Part shown: positions 8,144 through 15,626 of the stretch, in pieces
Layout of the letters: each line of letters begins with the position of its first letter
Position numbering within the stretch: the stretch's first letter is position 1
Source of the DNA: Erysipelotrichaceae bacterium
Lineage (GTDB): Bacteria; Bacillota_I; Bacilli_A; Erysipelotrichales; Coprobacillaceae
Direction: 5' to 3'
DNA length: 32,000 bases
NCBI GenBank assembly: GCA_028698185.1
Contig: JAQVDW010000016.1
Coordinates: forward strand, 2,632 to 34,631
Made by a program: the position numbers and the translations under genes
Notes under the pieces: generated by a model
Database searches by the model: none
What the model was told of the DNA's origin: nothing
What the model saw: the letters and a program-made list of their open reading frames with translations, nothing else

Positions 8144-8853
8144 TAACATCATCAACCAACCAGACATTCAAGGAATTGTTGAAACTTAAGCAGAAAAAAT
8201 ACCGGGATGAGCATTATCTTGTCGAAGGTGATCATCTGGTCGCTGATGCGATCAGGCACGGTTTTGCCGATCTGATCATCACCACCGATGAAAATTACCG
8301 GAGCGAGCTTCCGGTCTTTTTGATCAGCCAGGGACTGATGGAGAAACTGGCTTTCACCAGAAGCCCCCAGAATGTGATGGCCCGGGTCAAAAAGAATCAT
8401 GACAACTCCCTGATTGCCGCAAAGCGTTATTTGATCCTTGACGGTCTCCAGGATCCCGGCAATATCGGAACTTTGATCAGGACGGCTCTGGCTTTTGGCG
8501 TCGATCAGGTGATCCTCAGTGACGAGTGTGTCGATCTGTACAACGACAAGCTGCTCCGTTCGGCCCAAGGGGCGCACTTCAGGGTCTCGATCATCAAGGG
8601 GGACCTTCATGAATTGATCCGCCAGCTTCAGGAAAGTGGCGTCTATGTTCTGGCGACCGCATTGACCGGCGGAAAGCCTCTGGCCACAATCGAGACGCGA
8701 GAAAAGATGGCATTCGTTCTTGGCAATGAGGGCAATGGCATGAATCAGGATATCATCGACCTTTGCGATGGGATCGGATTCATCGAGATCGAGGCGATGG
8801 AATCGCTCAACGTGGCGATTGCCGGAAGTATCCTGATGTACCACTACAGGTAA
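8140..8853 (+). CDS. TrmH/SpoU-family RNA 2'-O-methyltransferase, in the same position as B. subtilis ysgA upstream of pheS
   Basis: SPOUT motifs LDGLQDPGNIGTLIRTALAFG, VLGNEGNGM and ESLNVAIAGSILMY. ATGA start/stop overlap with the DUF45 gene. Confidence 0.88.
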   Translation: MITSSTNQTFKELLKLKQKKYRDEHYLVEGDHLVADAIRHGFADLIITTDENYRSELPVFLISQGLMEKLAFTRSPQNVMARVKKNHDNSLIAAKRYLILDGLQDPGNIGTLIRTALAFGVDQVILSDECVDLYNDKLLRSAQGAHFRVSIIKGDLHELIRQLQESGVYVLATALTGGKPLATIETREKMAFVLGNEGNGMNQDIIDLCDGIGFIEIEAMESLNVAIAGSILMYHYR

Positions 8854-8880
8854 ATCGGGCCGGCCCGCTAAAAATTACCC

Positions 8881-8908
8881 TTGAAATTTCAATAAATTTT
8901 GATATAAT
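8881..8908 (+). promoter_or_regulatory. Sigma-A promoter of the pheST leader
   Basis: TTGAAA at 8881-8886, 16-nt spacer, extended -10 TGaTATAAT (TATAAT at 8903-8908). Confidence 0.75.
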
Positions 8909-8915
8909 AGTTTTC

Positions 8916-9130
8916 AAATCGATGATGTGGACTAGTAAATGTAACAACGCGGCAAAGAGATGGAATGAGGCTGGGAATTTCCACCGTGCTTATATTGAAT
9001 TCACCACGGAGAGCGACTAATCATCGCCGTTAACTACGTTACAGTAATCAAGCGCATGACAGACAAGTAATATTGTCATGAAGTAGGATGGTACCGCGAA
9101 TATTTCGTTCCTATACAGGAACGTTTTTTT
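8916..9130 (+). promoter_or_regulatory. T-box riboswitch leader, Phe (UUC) specifier, with terminator/antiterminator
   Basis: Stem I elements: GAUGAUG K-turn region (8921-8927), AGUA, and an AGAGA bulge (8956-8960). GAA-UUC-A specifier with UUC at 9000-9002. T-box sequence GGAUGGUACCGCG at 9086-9098. Terminator CGTTCCT-ATAC-AGGAACG (9106-9123) plus a T7 run. Confidence 0.9.
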
Positions 9131-9148
9131 ATTTTAGGAGGAAATTTA

Positions 9149-10186
9149 ATGGACAAGCTGTTGGAGATTTCAAAAGAAGCTCTAGAAAGAATCGCCCAAG
9201 TGGCGGATTTGAAAGAATTGAATGATTTACGGGTGCACTACCTGGGGAAAAAAGGGCCGATCCAAGAGGCCATGAAATCGATGAAGGACATGGGCCAAGA
9301 GGAACGCATCGCGTTCGGGAAAGTGTCCAACGAGGTCAAACAGAACGTTTCCCAAGCGATCGAGGATGCCAAGGCAAAACTTGAAAGAATCGTGATGGAA
9401 GAAAAACTGGCGAGCGAATCGATCGATATCACTTTGCCAGGATTCAAGGTTGCCTCAGGTTCGCTGCATCCATTGACCCATGTGGTTAACACATTGGAAG
9501 AGATCTTCCTGGGAATGGGCTACCAGATAGCTCAAGGTCCGGAAGTGGAAACCGATTATTACAATTTCGAGCTGATGAACCTGCCGCAGGGACATCCGGC
9601 CCGTGACATGCAGGATACTTTCTATATAGATGTCAACTACCTTTTAAGAACCCACACGTCTCCGGTTCAGGCACGGACAATGCTCAAGGCCAATGGCCAG
9701 GGGCCAATCAAGGTTATCTGCCCGGGTAAAACTTACCGCCGCGATGACGATGACGCGACCCATTCGCATCAGTTCATGCAATGCGAAGGGATTGTCGTTG
9801 ACAAGAACATCACCATGGCCAACCTGAAAGGGACCCTGGAATTGTTTGTCAAAGAACTTTTTGGTGAAAAAAGAGCGATCCGGCTGCGCCCTTCATATTT
9901 CCCGTTCACCGAACCTTCAGTCGAAGTTGATGTGAGCTGTTCAAACTGCGGCGGTGTTGGGTGCTCGATGTGCAAGCAAACTGGATGGATTGAGATTCTA
10001 GGAGCCGGTATGGTAAATCCCAAAGTGCTCAAGATGAGCGGGTTCGACCCTGAAGTCTACCAGGGATTCGCCTTCGGTATCGGGATTGAGCGGGTTGCCA
10101 TGTTGAAATATGGAATCGACAATATCCGTGACTTCTATAACAATGATATTCGCTTTTTAGCGCAGTTTGCAAGAGAGGATAAGTAG
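9149..10186 (+). CDS. pheS: Phenylalanine--tRNA ligase alpha subunit
   Basis: Class II aaRS motifs: [32 protein letters not shown] and [17 protein letters not shown]. Confidence 0.97.
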   Translation: MDKLLEISKEALERIAQVADLKELNDLRVHYLGKKGPIQEAMKSMKDMGQEERIAFGKVSNEVKQNVSQAIEDAKAKLERIVMEEKLASESIDITLPGFKVASGSLHPLTHVVNTLEEIFLGMGYQIAQGPEVETDYYNFELMNLPQGHPARDMQDTFYIDVNYLLRTHTSPVQARTMLKANGQGPIKVICPGKTYRRDDDDATHSHQFMQCEGIVVDKNITMANLKGTLELFVKELFGEKRAIRLRPSYFPFTEPSVEVDVSCSNCGGVGCSMCKQTGWIEILGAGMVNPKVLKMSGFDPEVYQGFAFGIGIERVAMLKYGIDNIRDFYNNDIRFLAQFAREDK

Positions 10187-10187
10187 G

Positions 10188-12575
10188 ATGCAAGTTAGTT
10201 TAAAATTATTGAACCATTATATAGATATACAGGACCAAAGCGCGCTGGATCTGGCGGCCAAGATCACCTCCATCGGACACGAGGTCGAAGGAATCGAAAC
10301 CCTGGCTGTCGGTGATGACCTGGTGGTCGGTCTTGTCAAGGAATGTGTCGATCATCCTGACAGCGACCATCTTCATGTCTGCCAGGTTCAAGTCAATGAC
10401 AATGACGTGTTCCAGATTGTCTGCGGGGCTCCAAATGTCCAGGCAGGGCAGAAAGTAATCGTTGCCTTGCCAGGATGCGAACTCAAGGAAATCACAATCA
10501 AGAAATCCCAGATCCGTGGGGTTGAATCGAACGGGATGATCTGCTCCCTGGCGGAACTGGGTCTTGACAGCAGGTTCGTGACCGAGCAACAAAAAGCCGG
10601 GATTGAAGTTCTGGACCAAAACGCGCCTCTAGGGGCTGATGCCCTTGATTACCTGGGCCTCAAGGATGATATCTTGGATATCGGACTGACGCCAAACCGT
10701 GCTGATTGCATGGCTTTGAAGGCATTCGCTTATGAAGTTGGAGCGATTTTGAAAAGGGATATCAAACCGGTGGAACTGAAGGCGATGGATACCCAGCCTG
10801 GCGATGTGAAAATCCAGGTGGAAACGGACAAATGTCCGGTATTTGGAATCAAGGTTGTCAAAGGAGTCACCACCAAGGAATCGCCTCAATGGCTAAAGGC
10901 GGCTTTGATGGCAAGTGGAATCAAGCCAATCAACAACATCGTCGACATCTCCAATCTGATCATGCTCGAGACCGGGCAGCCGATCCACATGTACGACTAT
11001 GACAAGATTGCAAACAAGACTTTCACAATCAAAGACAACTACCAAAGCAAAGAAATGTTTTTGGATGGAAACGAATATGACGTTGTCCAAGGGGATATCG
11101 TTATCGAAGTTGACGGCAAACTTGGGTGTCTGGCCGGAGTCATGGGGGGCGAATCGACAAAAATCACCGACGACAGCGTGAATATCGCAATCGAGGCGGC
11201 GACATTCGATGGTCCTTCGTTAAGGGAAACGGCGCGCCGTTTGAATCTGCTGACCGATGCGTCACAACATTACATCAAGGGGTCAATTGACAGCGCCAAG
11301 ACGGCTGAAGTGCTCGACCGCGTGGCTAATCTGCTTGTGGAATACGCGGATGCCAAAGAAATCCAGGAAACGGTAATCACCCCATACGAATACGAACCGA
11401 CCGAACTGGCGTTAAGCGTTGAGGATGTCAATGGCCTTTTGGGAACCGACATCTCCCTAAGTGAAATCCGTGACATCTTCACTGATCTCAAATTTGATTA
11501 CAGCCTCGATGGCAACAAGTTGAACATTGCCATTCCAAGCTACCGCAAGGACATCACCATGGTGGCCGACCTTATCGAAGAGGTTGCCAGAATCCACGGA
11601 TATGACAATATTCCAAGCTGTCTGCCGGAAATGGGTACGACAATCGGAAAACGGAGTGGAGAACAGGCGAAAGTCAAGATGATCAAGGATTATCTAAGCA
11701 ATGTTGCCTTGCATGAGACTATCACCTACACGCTGAGCTCGCCGGGAAAAGCCGATGATTTCAACCTGTTCCACCAAGGGGAACAGGTAAAGTTGATGTT
11801 CCCGCTTGGTGAGGAACGTTCGGTTGTCAGAAAGTCGCTGATCCCTTCGCTTCTTGAAGTTGTCAAATACAATGTGGCCCGCAAGAACAACGATGTCCAC
11901 ATCTTTGAGATTTCAAACACCTATTCAAGTGAGCAGGAAATCCAGACACTGGCTATCGCCTGTCATGGAACATATATGGAGCAAAGCTTCCGTCAGATCC
12001 GCCACGGGGCCGATTACCTTCTGGTGAAAGGTTTTGTGGAAACAATCTTGGACAAATTGGCAATCGCGCCTTCACGCTACAGCCTTGTCCGGGTTGAAAA
12101 GGAAAATGAATTCTATCACCCTGGCCGTTCAGCCTATATCAAGATGGGCAAAGACATAATCGGGGTTGTGGGATGCATCCACCCGCTGATGGCGAAAAAG
12201 TACGATGTCAAAGATGTCTATGTCTGCGAATTGAATCTGGCGGCTCTTCTAACCATGAAGACACCTAACCTGAAAGCCGGAATCATTCCTCAATATCCTG
12301 CGGTAATGCGTGACGTGGCGTTTGTGATGGCCAAAGATGTTTACAGCTATGATGTTATCCGCAAAATAGTACAGGCATCTAAAGGTCTCGCGACAAACGT
12401 TACACTGTTTGACGAATATATGGGTGAACATGTCGGTGTAGGTGAAAAATCAGTAGCCTTCAAAGTCATGCTTCAAGACCCGAAAAAGACTCTCGATGAA
12501 AATACAATCAATCAGACCATGGAAAATATAATCAAGGCGGTTGAAAAACAGTTCAAGGCCAACTTGAGAAAATAA
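10188..12575 (+). CDS. pheT: Phenylalanine--tRNA ligase beta subunit
   Basis: Start moved to MQVSLKLLNHY (ATG 10188, GAGAGGA upstream, 1 nt after the pheS stop). N-terminal tRNA-binding domain, then B3/4, B5 and C-terminal FDX-ACB-like regions. Product is 795 aa. Confidence 0.95.
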   Translation: MQVSLKLLNHYIDIQDQSALDLAAKITSIGHEVEGIETLAVGDDLVVGLVKECVDHPDSDHLHVCQVQVNDNDVFQIVCGAPNVQAGQKVIVALPGCELKEITIKKSQIRGVESNGMICSLAELGLDSRFVTEQQKAGIEVLDQNAPLGADALDYLGLKDDILDIGLTPNRADCMALKAFAYEVGAILKRDIKPVELKAMDTQPGDVKIQVETDKCPVFGIKVVKGVTTKESPQWLKAALMASGIKPINNIVDISNLIMLETGQPIHMYDYDKIANKTFTIKDNYQSKEMFLDGNEYDVVQGDIVIEVDGKLGCLAGVMGGESTKITDDSVNIAIEAATFDGPSLRETARRLNLLTDASQHYIKGSIDSAKTAEVLDRVANLLVEYADAKEIQETVITPYEYEPTELALSVEDVNGLLGTDISLSEIRDIFTDLKFDYSLDGNKLNIAIPSYRKDITMVADLIEEVARIHGYDNIPSCLPEMGTTIGKRSGEQAKVKMIKDYLSNVALHETITYTLSSPGKADDFNLFHQGEQVKLMFPLGEERSVVRKSLIPSLLEVVKYNVARKNNDVHIFEISNTYSSEQEIQTLAIACHGTYMEQSFRQIRHGADYLLVKGFVETILDKLAIAPSRYSLVRVEKENEFYHPGRSAYIKMGKDIIGVVGCIHPLMAKKYDVKDVYVCELNLAALLTMKTPNLKAGIIPQYPAVMRDVAFVMAKDVYSYDVIRKIVQASKGLATNVTLFDEYMGEHVGVGEKSVAFKVMLQDPKKTLDENTINQTMENIIKAVEKQFKANLRK

Positions 12576-12579
12576 TAAA

Positions 12580-12601
12580 AGACCCAGAATTGTCTGGGTC
12601 T
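12580..12601. terminator. Bidirectional intrinsic terminator between convergent pheT and tmcAL
   Basis: AGACCCAGA, loop ATTG, TCTGGGTCT, flanked by an A-run on the left and T's on the right. Confidence 0.85.
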
Positions 12602-14167
12602 TTAACGCGTCTGCAGGCTGATTTTTGTCAAAACGGCAATTTCCTTTTCCAGTTCAGGATGGCTCGAAAGCAGGTCGCTGTTGATTTTGAGAGCCTGGTC
12701 GATTGCGAAAAACCGGCACGATGGATGTAGTTGAAGGTTCTTGAGTCTTACCTGGCAAAGGTAATAGAAACTGCGGCTCGATTTCGATCCGGCGCTGGCG
12801 ACACCTAAAAGTTCGAGGACCTGGCCGACCGGGGCATTTGTCTGGTTCTCGATCTGTTTTTTCAAAAACATCTGGTAATCATTGTCCTCGCTAACGCCCC
12901 CGGGAAGGTAAAGAGCTCCGTCTTTGCCTTTTATCATCAGGACATTGCTGTTGTGCAGGCAGATGCCATAGAAAGAGTTCGTCAAGGACTGGTGGTTATC
13001 TTTATTTTCAAGAGCGATCATGAAAGTGTCTGTTGTTCCAGGCTTGTTTGCGATTTCCCGGATGTGGACATCGTTGGTGCTGGAAATCATCGAAAGCAAT
13101 GCGGCGCCTTTGAGTTCGGTTTCGAGGCTTGGATGGCTGTGCGATGAGAAATTGGTGATAATTTTGTAGCCGGTGATCTTCCTGAGTTTTTTTAGATAGG
13201 AAAAACCGCGGGAGTTGGCCTTTAGGATCCTGAGATAGTCGAGTTTCAGGGCTTCGTTGACATCAGTGCGGGTATTGTTCAACAGGATGTGGATGATGGT
13301 CCGCTGGATCCGGGAGCGGCTGTAGCGTTTGGAAGTCAGGGTGTTGACAAAGTCATGCATGCTGTGGCAGGCCATGATATTTTTGCGCATCAGGTTCTCG
13401 ATTCCCTCGTCGACCAGGTGGATCTGTGCAAGATTTGCCGGACTGCTGGTTATCAGTTTGTATTTCAACAAGGGAAACAGGTTTTCGAGATAGAACAGGT
13501 CCAAACAGAAATGCTCGGGACTTATCAGTATCTTCTCAAGATTCTTTTTTTCATAGAGCCCCAGGCGCAGCGAGGTTGCCGAGGGGATTTGAGTGATTGT
13601 CTTTTCATGATATGAATTGGACCGTTTGATGCAGTGGAGATTGATATGCGGGTAGTTGTTGACAACCTCCTTGGTGTAGGCCAGACCCAAAAGGTCGTTG
13701 GGCGAGGCGATGCTTGGCATGTCCAGTTTCTGGAGGGCCTGGTTGCAGGCGTCGCTGTAGGAGATGCCAGTCTTGAGGAAATCTTTTACCAGGTCGTGGT
13801 ATTCATCGGATTCCTGAAGATTTGTGGCAATGTCCAAAAACAGTTCGATGTCGCCGGATTCGCTGCCAAAGACGATGTCGGTGACCTGCATTTCGCTAAG
13901 CAATTTTATTGCGCCCTGGGCAAACTGGTTGGCCGATTGGACGGCGCAGACAAGAGGGAGTTCGACAACCAGGTCACAGCCATGGTTGACTGCGATATTG
14001 GCCCGGTCGAATTTTGAGATTATGGCCGGTTCGCCCCGCTGGACAAAGTTCCCGGACATGATCGCTATTGTCAGGTCCGGTTTGACGATGGCCTTTGCCT
14101 GGTTGATATGATGGAGATGACCCTGATGGAAAGGATTATATTCTACGATAAGGCCAAGGATTTTCAT
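12602..14167 (-). CDS. tmcAL: tRNA(Met) cytidine acetate ligase (TmcAL/YlbM, HIGH nucleotidyltransferase family) with a ~140-aa C-terminal Nudix-like extension
   Basis: N-terminus MKILGLIVEYNPFHQGHLHHI..IMSGNFVQRGEP..DLVVELP is typical of YlbM/TmcAL. AGGAGGA RBS. The 521-aa product is longer than the ~400 aa I recall for this family. The C-terminal region contains ...ALYLPGGVSEDNDYQMFLKKQIENQTN... Confidence 0.85.
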   Translation of the reverse strand: MKILGLIVEYNPFHQGHLHHINQAKAIVKPDLTIAIMSGNFVQRGEPAIISKFDRANIAVNHGCDLVVELPLVCAVQSANQFAQGAIKLLSEMQVTDIVFGSESGDIELFLDIATNLQESDEYHDLVKDFLKTGISYSDACNQALQKLDMPSIASPNDLLGLAYTKEVVNNYPHINLHCIKRSNSYHEKTITQIPSATSLRLGLYEKKNLEKILISPEHFCLDLFYLENLFPLLKYKLITSSPANLAQIHLVDEGIENLMRKNIMACHSMHDFVNTLTSKRYSRSRIQRTIIHILLNNTRTDVNEALKLDYLRILKANSRGFSYLKKLRKITGYKIITNFSSHSHPSLETELKGAALLSMISSTNDVHIREIANKPGTTDTFMIALENKDNHQSLTNSFYGICLHNSNVLMIKGKDGALYLPGGVSEDNDYQMFLKKQIENQTNAPVGQVLELLGVASAGSKSSRSFYYLCQVRLKNLQLHPSCRFFAIDQALKINSDLLSSHPELEKEIAVLTKISLQTR

Positions 14168-14606
14168 TGGCTTTCCTCCTTTTGAACAGTCTAAAAAAAG
14201 TTCCGCTGATCAATATGGCCACCGCAATGGCCCCCGAGATGATGATGGTGTCGATGAATGTCGCCAGAAACATGTCCTGCTTGTTGTCGGTAAGATAAAG
14301 CATCGTCAAATAGATGCCGCCCCCGGGAACCAGCGGCAGACAGCCGATGACATAGAAGATGCTTGCCGGTGCGCGGACGAACCGGGCGATTATTTCGCCA
14401 AGGATCGCACATGTCAAGGCACCAAGAAAGTAGGCGAGATAACGTGATTGGCCCTGGCTTTCCAAAAGCCGGTAGACACTCCACCCGGCGACGGAATTCA
14501 AAGAGGCGATTATCATGAATTTTAGATTGAAACTCAAACGGAAAATCAGACCGAATGAAAACATGGAAATGAAGCAGAAAAACGCTTCGTAAATCAAGTT
14601 TGTCAT
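14136..14606 (-). CDS. Threonine/serine exporter family protein, small subunit (ThrE_2/YjjB-like)
   Basis: Start at MTNLIYEAFF (ATG complement at 14604-14606), ATGA overlap with the upstream ThrE gene. 156 aa with 4-5 TM segments. The 3' end overlaps the tmcAL start by 32 nt. Confidence 0.8.
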   Translation of the reverse strand: MTNLIYEAFFCFISMFSFGLIFRLSFNLKFMIIASLNSVAGWSVYRLLESQGQSRYLAYFLGALTCAILGEIIARFVRAPASIFYVIGCLPLVPGGGIYLTMLYLTDNKQDMFLATFIDTIIISGAIAVAILISGTFFRLFKRRKANENPWPYRRI

Positions 14607-15349
14607 TTCAACACCCCCATTACCAAACCGACTCCAAGTGCAATCGCAATGGCGATCATCAAAGCCTCGATGATCCGGGAAATCCCCGACAGATAATCTT
14701 CGTCGATGAAGTCCCGGAGGCTGTTGGTGATGGCCAGCCCGGGGACAAGGAGCATCAGTGTCCCGATTTGCAGGGTGTCCAGATTGTCGCACCAGCCAAG
14801 ATAGCCAAGGCTGTTGGCGCCCAGGGCGATAAAGGCGGCCTCGACAAAGGTCCGTACCAGCCGGTTTATCTTCAGCTGCACCAGAAAATAATTGATCCCG
14901 TAAACGGCCAGGCCGATAAAAAAGGCGCAGACGCAATCGTTCAGGCTGCCCCCGAAGATTCCGGTGAAGCCGCATGCCCCCAGACCATAGCCGATTACCT
15001 GGAGCGATTTGCGATGTTCGACGCTCCTGATCGCGGCGATTTTCTTTTCAATCTCAATCGCCTTGAGATGGTCGATTTCAAGATCGCGCAGCAACTGGTT
15101 CAGGCTGGCAAACCGGTCGAAGTCGATACTGTGGTTGCCGGTCGCCTTGGATATGGTGAATACTTCGTCATTTTTCAGGGTGACGGTAATAATCATATAA
15201 GCGGGCAAGGCAAAAACCGAGATATCGCGGTACTGGTAGCTGGCAAGAATCCGGCTGATTCCGGTTTCGACCCGGGCGATCTCGCTGCCGCACTCGATCA
15301 ACGATACCCCTAATTCGATAAATTGTTTCACTAATTCTTTTTCTTCCAT
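14603..15349 (-). CDS. Threonine/serine exporter family protein, large subunit (ThrE/YjjP-like, DUF1212)
   Basis: A cytoplasmic N-terminal domain (ECGSEIARVETGISRIL) is followed by a membrane domain. It pairs with the ThrE_2 gene as in yjjP-yjjB-type loci. Confidence 0.8.
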   Translation of the reverse strand: MEEKELVKQFIELGVSLIECGSEIARVETGISRILASYQYRDISVFALPAYMIITVTLKNDEVFTISKATGNHSIDFDRFASLNQLLRDLEIDHLKAIEIEKKIAAIRSVEHRKSLQVIGYGLGACGFTGIFGGSLNDCVCAFFIGLAVYGINYFLVQLKINRLVRTFVEAAFIALGANSLGYLGWCDNLDTLQIGTLMLLVPGLAITNSLRDFIDEDYLSGISRIIEALMIAIAIALGVGLVMGVLK

Positions 15350-15390
15350 GGCACTTCTCGTAGAATTTCTACAACTCCTTTAACTATTAA

Positions 15391-15419
15391 ATTATAACCT
15401 ATTTCCAATGAATTTACAA
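15391..15419 (-). promoter_or_regulatory. Sigma-A promoter for the ThrE-ThrE_2-tmcAL operon
   Basis: On the minus strand: TTGTAA (complement of 15414-15419), 17-nt spacer, TATAAT (complement of 15391-15396). Confidence 0.6.
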
Positions 15420-15579
15420 AATGATTGAGCCGATACTGTAGGCGAGGTCCGGTTGGGGGATGTGATAACCCGGCAACTCACCCTTTGGTTAAAATAAAAA
15501 AGTGAGGTGCTTGCCATCCCGTCTCACGCCAAGAGGGAAGACATATTTTTCGGGTAATGTCTCATAGGGCACAATTTTA

Positions 15580-15608
15580 TGTATTTTTTCGAAAATATAG
15601 GCTATAAT
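15580..15608 (+). promoter_or_regulatory. Candidate proximal promoter of pyk (good -10, weak -35)
   Basis: TATAAT at 15603-15608. The only -35 candidate at 17-nt spacing is TGTATT (15580-15585). Confidence 0.35.
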
Positions 15609-15626
15609 TATCTACATGGAGGATAG

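Noticed and set aside
8856-8867. The GC palindrome CGGGCCGGCCCG immediately after the trmH-family gene, considered as a possible terminator.
   Set aside because: It has no loop and no downstream T-run, so it is a poor intrinsic terminator. It is probably incidental. The pheS promoter follows 14 nt later.
8763-9020. The 85-aa ORF spanning the trmH 3' end and the pheS leader. Also the ORFs 23850-24038(-) and 24029-24232(-).
   Set aside because: They lie inside the T-box riboswitch and antisense to the RNase P RNA respectively. None has an RBS or a recognisable protein motif, and the RNA assignments fully explain these regions.
14136-14975. The 279-aa form of the minus-strand ORF, with an Arg/Pro/Gly-rich N-terminus (MRLHRNLRGQPERLRL...).
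   Set aside because: The first 123 codons are an out-of-frame overlap of the ThrE gene and have non-protein-like composition. A proper start (MTNLIYEAFF, ATGA coupling at 14603-14606) gives the expected ~156-aa ThrE_2 protein.
15441-15530. Identity of the pyk-upstream element as SRP RNA (GGUCCGG resemblance), a guanidine-III/ykkC-III riboswitch (CGAGGU...ACCCGG resemblance), or a cre/CcpA site (TTTTCGAAAA palindrome at 15586-15595).
   Set aside because: There is no GNRA-capped domain IV with the AGCA/GGAA loops of SRP RNA. The guanidine-III pseudoknot spacing and CAGGAC segment are absent, and the gene context is wrong. The 10-bp palindrome does not fit the cre consensus (no TG...CA arms) and is all A/T except the central CG, so chance is likely. 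The element stays unclassified; see findings.
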